From Verrucomicrobiales bacterium (GTDB lineage: Bacteria; Verrucomicrobiota; Verrucomicrobiia; Verrucomicrobiales; SLCJ01): 64,000 bases of DNA. The notes under the pieces are model-generated. The model saw only the letters and a program-made list of their open reading frames with translations. It ran no database searches and was not told the origin of the DNA. The translations under genes and the position numbers were made by a program. This document shows positions 8,795-16,852 of this stretch, in pieces (within the stretch, counting starts at the first letter, position 1; the number at the start of each line of letters is the position of its first letter). Where the stretch lies: assembly GCA_046075565.1 (NCBI GenBank), contig JBJTQJ010000119.1, positions 1 through 64,000 on the forward strand. Reading direction: 5' to 3'.

Positions 8795-9745
8795 TTATAC
8801 GCCGCTTCCGAGGAAAAAGCCGCGTTGTTTGTCGCAGATGGGCATTCCCAAGGCCTCCATGACATGCATCATGTCTTCCCAGTGTTTGCGTTTTTCCCGG
8901 CGTTCGATGGCCGCATCCTGCCGCAGAAGGTAGGAAGGGTGGAAAGTGGGCATCACCGGCACACCTTGGCAGCGGAGGAATTTGCCCCGCAACTGGGTGA
9001 TGCGCGCGTCGGCATCACCGATCAGCCCGCCGATGGCCGTGCCACCAAGCGCGACGATTACCTTCGGGCGGATGATGGAAATTTCCCTCCTCACGATAGG
9101 CAGGCAGACCTCCATCTCGCGCGCCGTCGGTTTGCGATTGCCGGAGCCTTGCGGGCCTTCGCCGGCCTTCGGACGGTATTTCACGATGTTGCTGATATAG
9201 ACATCGCGGCGTTTGAGGCCCATGGCGGTGAGCACCCTGTCCAGTAGTTCGCCGGCTTTCCCGACAAACGGTTCGCCCTGGCGTTCTTCTTCCATGCCCG
9301 GGGCCTCGCCGATGAGCATCAGGCGGGCTTCCGGATTGCCGGTCGCGAAGACGAAAGTGTCGCGCAAGGTCCCGAGCGCGCGCGGTTCGGGAGCGGCTTT
9401 GGCGAGAGCGGAAACCTCGGCCAGGAGTTCGGAGCGTTTGCGGGATTGCAAAACAGTCAGCGCCAGGGGTGGCAAGACCACCGCACCGGGAGCGGCCGGA
9501 GGTTCGATGACAATCCCGGAGGCATCGACGGCCAGCGCCTCCGCCGGGGGAGGAAGTGGCTGGGAAGGAGGGGGTGGCGGGGGAATTTTCTCCACTTTTT
9601 CCTTAACCCCGCCATTACTCATGAGACGATCCCGAACCTCGGGTCGGATCCAGACCCGGCGTTCGCCGACGGATTCCCGGCCTTGCAGGTGCTCGGCCAG
9701 CAGGGCACAAGCTTGGCGAAAAGGGGTGGGATCAAGGGGGGGCAC
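8795..9745 (-). CDS. Uracil-DNA glycosylase, family 4
   Basis: IGEAPGMEE, PFVGKAG, YISNIVKYRP, NRKP, TFHPSYLLR; Pro-rich N-terminal extension. Confidence 0.9.
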   Translation of the reverse strand: MPPLDPTPFRQACALLAEHLQGRESVGERRVWIRPEVRDRLMSNGGVKEKVEKIPPPPPPSQPLPPPAEALAVDASGIVIEPPAAPGAVVLPPLALTVLQSRKRSELLAEVSALAKAAPEPRALGTLRDTFVFATGNPEARLMLIGEAPGMEEERQGEPFVGKAGELLDRVLTAMGLKRRDVYISNIVKYRPKAGEGPQGSGNRKPTAREMEVCLPIVRREISIIRPKVIVALGGTAIGGLIGDADARITQLRGKFLRCQGVPVMPTFHPSYLLRQDAAIERREKRKHWEDMMHVMEALGMPICDKQRGFFLGSGV

Positions 9746-10091
9746 GGAGCAACCCTAGACGAAGATGGAAATTGAGAAACCAAGAATTCAAGCCCAGAGC
9801 GAATTGGGGTTCTTTCCGGGGTCCTCGGAGGTGTCACCGCTTCCCGGAGAGAAGCTGCATTTGTTTCGATTTCCCTAATAATCAATGAAATAAAACAAGC
9901 CGACCTGCCTTTCCGGAGCCCCCGTTACGCCCCTCGTTTTAAAACGGCAGAATGTTCAAGATTGGCCGGACTGGTATTTTTTCTTGTCGGAAAATACCAG
10001 ATAGGTGATCCTGTCCAAATCCAAAGGTGTGGCTTGTTCGCAGAGTGACGCCGACGGTAACCGCCGCCAATCCCATTTTCCAACTTCGCCT

Positions 10092-10724
10092 ATGTTCGGT
10101 CGCCTCACTCTTTGCTGCCTCGCTCTTCTTGCCAATCTGTTGATTGGTTGCGCTTCCACCGGTTCAGAGAAAACAGCTTCCACGTCCTCATCGAATTCGA
10201 CGACGGCGGCTTACAAGAAGGCTACTTCCGCCACCTATAAAACTTACGCCAAGGCCCAAGGACCAGTGCGCGTGCTTCGCACGACCGCTTACCATTGCCA
10301 CGAGGAGGACCACATCGTTTACGGCAACAAGAGCGCCTACGGCACGCCGCTTCGTTACGGCAAGGTCCGCTCCGCCGCCGCCGATTGGTCGCGTTTCCCG
10401 ATTGGCACTGTTTTCCGTATCCAGGGCTTGGACCACCTCTTCATCATCGACGACTACGGCAGCGCCCTCGTGGGCAAAGACACCCTTGACCTCTACACCC
10501 GCTCGAAGCAGGAAATGAACTACTGGGGCGCCCGCCACGTGAAGGTGGAATTCCTCCGCTGGGGCAGCTACGACCTGAGCTATAAGATTCTCGCCGAGCG
10601 CATGAAGTATCCCCATACCCGCCAGATGGCCATGGCCATCAAAGCCAAACGCCCGGGTGTCGAACAGAAGGCCGCCGCCATCGCCCTGCGCAAGCCGAAG
10701 GCCTCCACCGCGCCGAAGACTTGA
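10092..10724 (+). CDS. 3D-domain lipoprotein (lytic transglycosylase-like)
   Basis: Lipobox LLIGC; RTTAY, SAAADWSRFPIGT, IDDYGSAL, TLDLY. Confidence 0.82.
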   Translation: MFGRLTLCCLALLANLLIGCASTGSEKTASTSSSNSTTAAYKKATSATYKTYAKAQGPVRVLRTTAYHCHEEDHIVYGNKSAYGTPLRYGKVRSAAADWSRFPIGTVFRIQGLDHLFIIDDYGSALVGKDTLDLYTRSKQEMNYWGARHVKVEFLRWGSYDLSYKILAERMKYPHTRQMAMAIKAKRPGVEQKAAAIALRKPKASTAPKT

Positions 10725-10773
10725 TCTCGTTGGAGAAACGAATCCTCCTCGGCTCCACCGCGAAACTCCATCC

Positions 10774-11424
10774 ATGACGCGGGCGCAACGCGCGACCATC
10801 ATTTTGGATGACCTTTCGGCCCGTTACCCGGACCCGCCCGTTCCGCTCGATCACGACGATCCCTTTACCCTGCTGGTCGCCGTTTTGCTCTCCGCGCAGT
10901 GCACGGATCTGCGCGTGAATCAAGTCACCCCCGCGCTATTCGCCCGCGCCCGGACTCCAGGGGAAATGGCTCGTGTTCCGGTCGAGGAAATCCAGACTAT
11001 CATCCGCCCCTGCGGACTCTCCCCACAAAAAGCCAAGGCCATCCGGCGGCTCTCCGAATTGCTTCTGGAAAAACACGGTGGCCAGGTGCCGGCGGATTTT
11101 GAAGCTCTTGAAGCCCTGCCGGGTGTTGGACATAAGACCGCCTCCGTGGTCATGGCCCAAGCCTTCGGGGTGCCTGCTTTCCCCGTCGATACCCACATCC
11201 ACCGCCTCGCCCAACGATGGAAACTCACCAACGGTCGGTCCGTCGAACAAACCGAAGCCGACCTGAAAAAACTTTTCCCCCGCGAGACGTGGAACCGCCT
11301 CCACCTCCAAATCATTTTCTACGGACGCGAGCACTGCACCGCCCGCGGATGTGACGGCACCACCTGTCCTCTTTGCCGACGCCTTTTTCCCGAGCGGAAA
11401 AATCCCGTAGCCACCCGCAAGTGA
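10774..11424 (+). CDS. nth: Endonuclease III
   Basis: LLVAVLLSAQCTD, HhH LPGVGHKTA, PVDTHIHR, C-terminal Cys cluster. Confidence 0.93.
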   Translation: MTRAQRATIILDDLSARYPDPPVPLDHDDPFTLLVAVLLSAQCTDLRVNQVTPALFARARTPGEMARVPVEEIQTIIRPCGLSPQKAKAIRRLSELLLEKHGGQVPADFEALEALPGVGHKTASVVMAQAFGVPAFPVDTHIHRLAQRWKLTNGRSVEQTEADLKKLFPRETWNRLHLQIIFYGREHCTARGCDGTTCPLCRRLFPERKNPVATRK

Positions 11425-11428
11425 AACC

Positions 11429-11770
11429 ATGGACGAAGCACCGCCGCCCGGAGTGATGGATAGCGATACCTTCCGCCGCATGCTGGAAGAAATCGGGCGG
11501 ACGCGCATGCCCTTTGGTAAATACGGGCCCGCCGCCATTCCTCCGGATGGACTGCCTATCGACGAGCTTTCCCTTGATTACCTCGAGTGGTTCCGGAGCA
11601 AAGGCGGGTTTCCACGCGGGCGGCTCGGCGAACTGCTCGCCTTCATTCATCAGGTCAAGGAAGCCGGCATGGATTCCATCTTCGATCCGCTCCGCAAGGA
11701 ACGTGGTGGACGTGTGCCCAGAAGACGCCCGCCACGCGTGCGGAAGTTTCTGTCGGATTCCGACTCTTAA
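11429..11770 (+). CDS. DUF3820-like (MPFGKY) small protein
   Basis: RMPFGKY, YLEWF..KGGFPRGRLGELL. Confidence 0.7.
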   Translation: MDEAPPPGVMDSDTFRRMLEEIGRTRMPFGKYGPAAIPPDGLPIDELSLDYLEWFRSKGGFPRGRLGELLAFIHQVKEAGMDSIFDPLRKERGGRVPRRRPPRVRKFLSDSDS

Positions 11771-11799
11771 TCCCGGAATCCGGGATTAGGCATCTTTGA

Positions 11800-12393
11800 T
11801 CACTCCGCCGCTTCCGGTTTGTCGAGACGCTCAAGAGAGCGGATATCGAGTTTGCGCGCCAGTCCCGCCACATCTTTTGCATCGCACGGCTCATTGCCCG
11901 CGACCTCGAGATACAAATCATCACCGATGATCATCTGGAGTTTCCGGTCACCTTCGTAAACAGCTGTGCGACCGGAAATTCTCTCGGTCTTGCGCCCGCT
12001 GATCGCGAGGAATTCCTCGTTCTTCAGCAAGGGTGCGAGTTGTTTGGCCAGGGGAGAATCTTTCACCACCTTGACGCTGATTTTTTTCTCGCCGCTTTTG
12101 TAGGTCCTCGATAACGACGTTCCTCCACCAAGGAGGGTCAGGTCTTCCGGTTTGATCTCTTCCCCCTTCCATTCGCCAATGGCATCCGGCAGTCGGCTGG
12201 CCAGCTTTTTCGCGCCCGCCTCTTCCGCCAATTTGATCAACTCGCGCAGTTTCGCGGTGAGGGCCTCGTTGTCGCCCTTCTGGTGCAGATTGTAGGCGTC
12301 GCGCAGACCGGTGGACATCGCATCGGTTTTCGCCTGCTGGGCGGTGGCGAGTCCGGCAAAGCCAAGGACCAAGATGGGGATTAGCCGCTTCAT
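11800..12393 (-). CDS. Secreted hypothetical protein
   Basis: Sec signal MKRLIPILVLGFAGLATA; own TTGCCA-N17-TAGACA promoter ending 7 nt before ATG. Confidence 0.75.
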   Translation of the reverse strand: MKRLIPILVLGFAGLATAQQAKTDAMSTGLRDAYNLHQKGDNEALTAKLRELIKLAEEAGAKKLASRLPDAIGEWKGEEIKPEDLTLLGGGTSLSRTYKSGEKKISVKVVKDSPLAKQLAPLLKNEEFLAISGRKTERISGRTAVYEGDRKLQMIIGDDLYLEVAGNEPCDAKDVAGLARKLDIRSLERLDKPEAAE

Positions 12394-12430
12394 GGCTTGC
12401 TGTCTAGCGAAAAATCCGGGAAGTGGCAAG

Positions 12431-12556
12431 AACAAAAAGAAAGTGCCAGCCCCCGGGGGTTCCGAAGGCTGGCACCAGTTCCATCAACCTCAACACTCGG
12501 AACGGTATCCTCCGGCATGGCCTCGCATTCCGCGCCGGCAATCATCGTTCCGTAGT
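12431..12556 (-). ncRNA. Candidate sRNA (about 125 nt) with intrinsic terminator
   Basis: On the minus strand: GAAC-N17-CGTC (12585-12561), 5' stem CGGAACG/CGTTCCG with inner CCGGC/GCCGG, then terminator GTGCCAGCC/GGCTGGCAC (12443-12475) plus U-rich tract. Confidence 0.5.
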
Positions 12557-12703
12557 GCATGACGCACGAGGTGCCCTCTCTGTTCAAAGTTTCTTCAAAA
12601 AACCCGAAAATTTTTCCGGGGAGGCGGTATTGACCCGGAAAAGCCGGGGCCGGGCGGCGAAAATCCCCTTGCGCGACGGGCAAAAACGGGGCTTTCTGGC
12701 GGC

Positions 12704-13192
12704 ATGGATCCGCTTTCCCTCCGCACCGGAATTGGCTACGACGTGCACGCTTTGGCCGCCGGCCGCCCCTGCATTCTCGGCGGGGTCACCATCCCGCACC
12801 CGGTCGGCCCGGACGGGCATTCCGATGCCGATGTGCTCTGCCACGCCATCGCCGACGCCTTGCTCGGGGCGACCGGCCTGCCCGACATCGGGTATTACTT
12901 TCCCCCGTCCGACGAGAGCATCCGGGGCATTTCCAGCCTGGAAATCCTCCGCCGGGTGGCCGCGCTCCTGACAGAAAATGGCTTCCAAATCCTGAATGTG
13001 GACAGCACACTCATCGCCGAGGCCCCGAAAATCCTGCCCCACCTCGCCGCCATGAAGGCCAATATCGCCGCCGCCCTCGGGCTTGAATCCTCACGGGTTG
13101 GCATCAAGGCTACGACCAACGAGAAAATGGGCTTTCTAGGGCGACAGGAAGGCATCGCCGCCCTCGCGACGGCGGCTCTGGCGGGTGTCTGA
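12704..13192 (+). CDS. ispF: 2-C-methyl-D-erythritol 2,4-cyclodiphosphate synthase
   Basis: RTGIGYDVH, GHSDADVLCHAIADALLGA, KATTNEKMGFLGR. Confidence 0.96.
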   Translation: MDPLSLRTGIGYDVHALAAGRPCILGGVTIPHPVGPDGHSDADVLCHAIADALLGATGLPDIGYYFPPSDESIRGISSLEILRRVAALLTENGFQILNVDSTLIAEAPKILPHLAAMKANIAAALGLESSRVGIKATTNEKMGFLGRQEGIAALATAALAGV

Positions 13193-13203
13193 GAAAGTTC
13201 CTT

Positions 13204-13326
13204 GGCGCGCTCTCGCAGATTCGGGGGATGCGGGACCGGACGGGCTGACGATCGGCCTGAAACGCCGGGGGAGCCTGCCTCCGGCACGGGCCGCCATTTA
13301 TAATATAGCGGTCCGTGAGAGCGCCG
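13204..13326 (+). ncRNA. Candidate rod-shaped structured RNA (6S-like)
   Basis: Nested stems 13207-16/13315-24, 13233-38/13309-14, 13253-59/13287-93 and 13264-71/13278-85, with a central AT-rich bubble; G-U pairs favour the + strand. Confidence 0.35.
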
Positions 13327-13413
13327 CGACATCGCGAGCGCCAGAAGGTAGTGACTCCCTCCCGTGCAGAAAATCCTGAGACAGATTCATCGGGTCAGGG
13401 CGCTCCTGAGAAT

Positions 13414-13863
13414 ATGAAATCATTCATGCGTCTCGCTGTCGGGGCGGCCTTTGCCGCCTGTGCCCTTGTTTCCAACGCCGCCGAGGGTTGGCTGACCGAC
13501 GTGGATGCCGGTATCGCCAAGGCGAAGGAAACGAAGAAGTCCGTCATGGTCGAGTTCACCGGTTCCGACTGGTGCCCGCCCTGCATCATGATGGGGAAAG
13601 AGGTTTTTGGCAAAGAGGAGTTCGTGAAGAAGGCTTCTGAGAAATACGTGCTCGTGAAAATCGACATCCCGAAGAAAGACCCCGAACTGACCGAGAAGAA
13701 CCGGCCGGTGATGAAGAAGTACAATGTTTCGGGCGTCCCGACGGTGGTCCTGCTCGATGGCGAAGGCAAAGAATTCGATCGTTTCACCGCCTCGAAATAC
13801 CGGACCGTCGAAACATTCATTGAGCAGCTCAACAAATCGCTCGAGAAAAAAGCGATGGAGTGA
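13414..13863 (+). CDS. Secreted thioredoxin-fold protein
   Basis: Signal peptide; FTGSDWCPPC; cis-Pro loop SGVPT. Confidence 0.9.
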   Translation: MKSFMRLAVGAAFAACALVSNAAEGWLTDVDAGIAKAKETKKSVMVEFTGSDWCPPCIMMGKEVFGKEEFVKKASEKYVLVKIDIPKKDPELTEKNRPVMKKYNVSGVPTVVLLDGEGKEFDRFTASKYRTVETFIEQLNKSLEKKAME

Positions 13864-14053
13864 GCGAAGCTCCCAAGGGCGCCTCGGTTAGCTAGGCACC
13901 GGTCTTTTGTTCATTATCGTGTAAAGCTGTTCTCGAACATTTGCTTCGGGGGTGGCGGGGAAGAATAGAATAGCCGACAACCGGGCGGGGGAGTGCGCGT
14001 TTTTTCTGCCGTCGGCGGATGTCGCCGCGACCCAGCCCATTCCCATTATATAG

Positions 14054-14797
14054 ATGAATACACGTTCCCTTGTTGCCCTTGCCACTTCCCTGCTTTTGGT
14101 CCCCGCGATTTTCGCCCAGGAGGGGGCCGCTCCCGAAAAAGAACGCCCGGAGCGTCCGGAGAAACCGATGCGCCCGGAACGGGCGGAACGAACGGATAAA
14201 CCCGATGGGCAATGGAAGCCCGCTCCGGGGAATCCCGAGCGTCCGCATGCGAAACCGGAAGCGGCTCGTCCAGGGGAGGGAACAAAGCCGCAACCGCCGT
14301 CACCAGTCCGTCCGGGGACCTTCCAACCTCCCCCACAGAATTCTCCTATGTTCATGCGGATCGAGAACCAGCGCTCGGCCGAGATGAACCAGCGCCTGCA
14401 ACGGATGGAGAATGCGATGAAGGAGCGCGTGGAGCAGATGGAGAAGATGTTGCGCCAGCGCGATGAGCGGATGGCGAATGCCACCCGTGAATTCAATGAA
14501 CGGATCACGAAGGCCGCGCGTGAATTCGACGCCCGGATTAAGGAATTGGAAAAGAGGGACACAGTCAAAAGCGAAGCGAAACCCGATGCCTCGATGGAAG
14601 CGAAAGCCCGCGAACTGAAACAGCGGGAAATGAATCTTCAGAAGCGCGAGGAAGAATTGAAGAATCGCGCGAAGCGCTTGGAGCAACTCGAACGCGATCT
14701 GAAGGAACGCGAGGCACGTATGCGCGAGGTGCCCAAGGAAAGCGGCGACCAGGAAAAGAAAGTCCGCAACAAAGAGAAGAAGAAAGAAGAGGGCTGA
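14054..14797 (+). CDS. Secreted Pro-rich / coiled-coil protein
   Basis: Signal peptide, PER/PEK repeats, E/K/R-rich heptad C-terminal half. Confidence 0.75.
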   Translation: MNTRSLVALATSLLLVPAIFAQEGAAPEKERPERPEKPMRPERAERTDKPDGQWKPAPGNPERPHAKPEAARPGEGTKPQPPSPVRPGTFQPPPQNSPMFMRIENQRSAEMNQRLQRMENAMKERVEQMEKMLRQRDERMANATREFNERITKAAREFDARIKELEKRDTVKSEAKPDASMEAKARELKQREMNLQKREEELKNRAKRLEQLERDLKEREARMREVPKESGDQEKKVRNKEKKKEEG

Positions 14798-14815
14798 GCC
14801 AGCAATCTTAATTAC

Positions 14816-14853
14816 AAGGGGCGGTTTCCGAGAGGAAGCCGCCTCTTTGTTTT
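14816..14853 (+). terminator. Rho-independent terminator
   Basis: AAGGGGCGGTTTCC-GAGA-GGAAGCCGCCTCTT followed by TGTTTT. Confidence 0.8.
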
Positions 14854-14926
14854 GGATTCATTTCGATCCGAAGGTTGGCTCCGTTTCTTCACATGCGCGA
14901 GAGCCGTTGAATCATCCGCAGAGTCA

Positions 14927-15952
14927 TCACGCTTCGATGACTTCACTCCAGCGACGTCGAAATGCGGCGAAGGACAATGTTTCCATCGCGCGATCCCGTG
15001 CGACGCGCATGACCTCGTCGGCATGGGTCTCATCGTCGAGCAGTCGGGACACTTCGGCGATGACCATATCCTCGGTGTCGCGGGCCGAGGGAAGGTGGCC
15101 GAAGGCGAGTTGATCGACCATGCCATTGCCGCCCAGGCATGGAACACCGGCGAGCAAGGCATCACCCGCGACTTGTCCGGGCACGCCGCTTTCATCACGC
15201 TGGAGAACCAGACGATGGCGGGAGATCATTTCGGCATAGGCTTTGTAGGACATGGGGGGAAATGAGAGCACGTTCAAGCCGCTGGTGGCGCGCCAGATCT
15301 TCCACGAGCCGCGCCAGCCGTCGCCATTGACCATCGTGATGGCCAGTCCGGGCCTCGCCATCGCCAGTTTCTTGGCGATGGCGAGGCTCTCGGCATGGCG
15401 TCGCGCGGGCACTCCGAACTCACGGGTGCCAATGAAGATGCCTCCGCGTTCCGAGGCCGGCAGATCATATCTCCTCCAGGATGGTTCATCGATGGGGTAG
15501 GGGGTGGGCAACTCGATCACGCGTGATCGGGGGCGCCATGATCGGAAATGATCGATGGTGGCGGGTGAAGCGGCGATCCATCCATCGATCTGATCGTCAA
15601 GTTGCCTGGCGAGGGATCCATTCGCCGAGTCCGCGAACCAATCTTCGAGCTGATGACGACCACATTCTTTCCATGTGAGATAGATGTGATGACCACGATC
15701 ACGGAGGTGTTTTAGCGCCTGATCGAGGTCTCGCGCGCGCCGCGTGATCAGGACGAGAATATGGCGCCGATCACCGCCGATCGTGGCCGTTGAGGCGTGA
15801 AATCCGCCGCCCGTCGCGGCGGCCATGGCATGAAAATTGATCGGTTCATGAGCGTGTTCTCCCTGCGAAGGTATGCCATGCGAGTAATCGATATGAAAGT
15901 CCCGGCCTTGTGGAACAAGCACTTCAAGCGTTGATGATGTTTTCGTTGGCAT
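14927..15952 (-). CDS. Putative GT-B glycosyltransferase-like protein
   Basis: C-terminal YAEMISRHRLVLQRD..PGQVAGDALLAGVPCLGG resembles the GT-B nucleotide-sugar-binding motif; start MPTKT at 15952. Confidence 0.55.
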   Translation of the reverse strand: MPTKTSSTLEVLVPQGRDFHIDYSHGIPSQGEHAHEPINFHAMAAATGGGFHASTATIGGDRRHILVLITRRARDLDQALKHLRDRGHHIYLTWKECGRHQLEDWFADSANGSLARQLDDQIDGWIAASPATIDHFRSWRPRSRVIELPTPYPIDEPSWRRYDLPASERGGIFIGTREFGVPARRHAESLAIAKKLAMARPGLAITMVNGDGWRGSWKIWRATSGLNVLSFPPMSYKAYAEMISRHRLVLQRDESGVPGQVAGDALLAGVPCLGGNGMVDQLAFGHLPSARDTEDMVIAEVSRLLDDETHADEVMRVARDRAMETLSFAAFRRRWSEVIEA

Positions 15953-16325
15953 AAAATCTAACAAGCAAGTGTCACCCAAAAACGGGCCAAAAATGGCCCC
16001 TGAAAAAAAATTTCGTAAATGCAAAATAATCCTTGACCACGGTGGGGTAAATTGAGTAGGCGTATAAGGTGACGGAAGAATATGCTCCCTCACCGCCACC
16101 AATGAACCCGATATTCCATAGCTTCAACGAAATTCCTCACCGTGAGGAAGAGCGATGTGGTGTCGTGTCCGGTGACGATATAACCACTTCCGCGAGGAGC
16201 GGGAGTTGGTCCTGCCAGTTGACGGTTCATCACGACCCAACCCGATCGGATTTCCCCGCTATGCCCGCGCCGGTGACATGGCGGAACGTGAAACCGCACT
16301 GGCGCTAAACCGACGAAGAAACAAT

Positions 16326-16595
16326 ATGCCTGCTAAGAAAAAGGTAGCTAAGAAGGCGGCGGCCCCCAAAAAGGCCGCCAAGAAACCCGCGAAGAAAGCC
16401 GCCAAGAAGGCCGTGAAGAAGGCGCCTGCCAAGAAGAAGGCCGCCAAGAAGAAGGCCGCTAAGAAGGCGAAAAACGCGATGGCCAAGAAGGCCGCCAAAA
16501 AGGTCGTGAAGAAAGCGGCCAAGAAAGCGGTCAAAAAGGCGCCTGCCAAGAAGAAGGCCGCCAAGAAGAAGGCCGCTAAGAAGAAGGCCAAATAA
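16326..16595 (+). CDS. Histone H1-like K/A-rich nucleoid protein
   Basis: 89 aa almost entirely K/A/P/V (PAKK, KKAAKK repeats) with an internal tandem duplication. Confidence 0.8.
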   Translation: MPAKKKVAKKAAAPKKAAKKPAKKAAKKAVKKAPAKKKAAKKKAAKKAKNAMAKKAAKKVVKKAAKKAVKKAPAKKKAAKKKAAKKKAK

Positions 16596-16691
16596 ACAAC
16601 TACTTGAATCCTGACAGCCGGGGAGGGACCCCGCCGCGAGGCGGCCAGAACCCACTCCCCGGCCTCAGGTTTTCCAGAGAGAACACTCAAC

Positions 16692-16734
16692 GCGGTCTCC
16701 CAGCCCTCGCCGGCGGGAGACCGCTTTTTGTTTT
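16692..16734 (+). terminator. Rho-independent terminator
   Basis: GCGGTCTCCC (16692-16701) / GGGAGACCGC (16715-16724) followed by TTTTTGTTTT. Confidence 0.85.
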
Positions 16735-16852
16735 ATATCCCGGATGGGTCGCCCGGGGCAAGTCCGGAATCCAGTTTCCCCGGAAATAAATTTTCTCAGT
16801 TTTGCGGCTTATTTTTTCAAATCTGTTGCCTCTGCCCTAAAATTACCGTAAA

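Noticed and set aside
16330-16595. Short tandem repeats as a possible CRISPR array
   Set aside because: Coding repeats without unique spacers, and no cas genes.
16610-16670. SRP (4.5S) RNA
   Set aside because: Lacks the conserved domain IV GGAA tetraloop with CAGG/AGCAG internal loop.
16259-16690. Hydrophobic FLAA-repeat ORF on the minus strand
   Set aside because: Antisense reading of the Lys/Ala codons of the histone-like gene.
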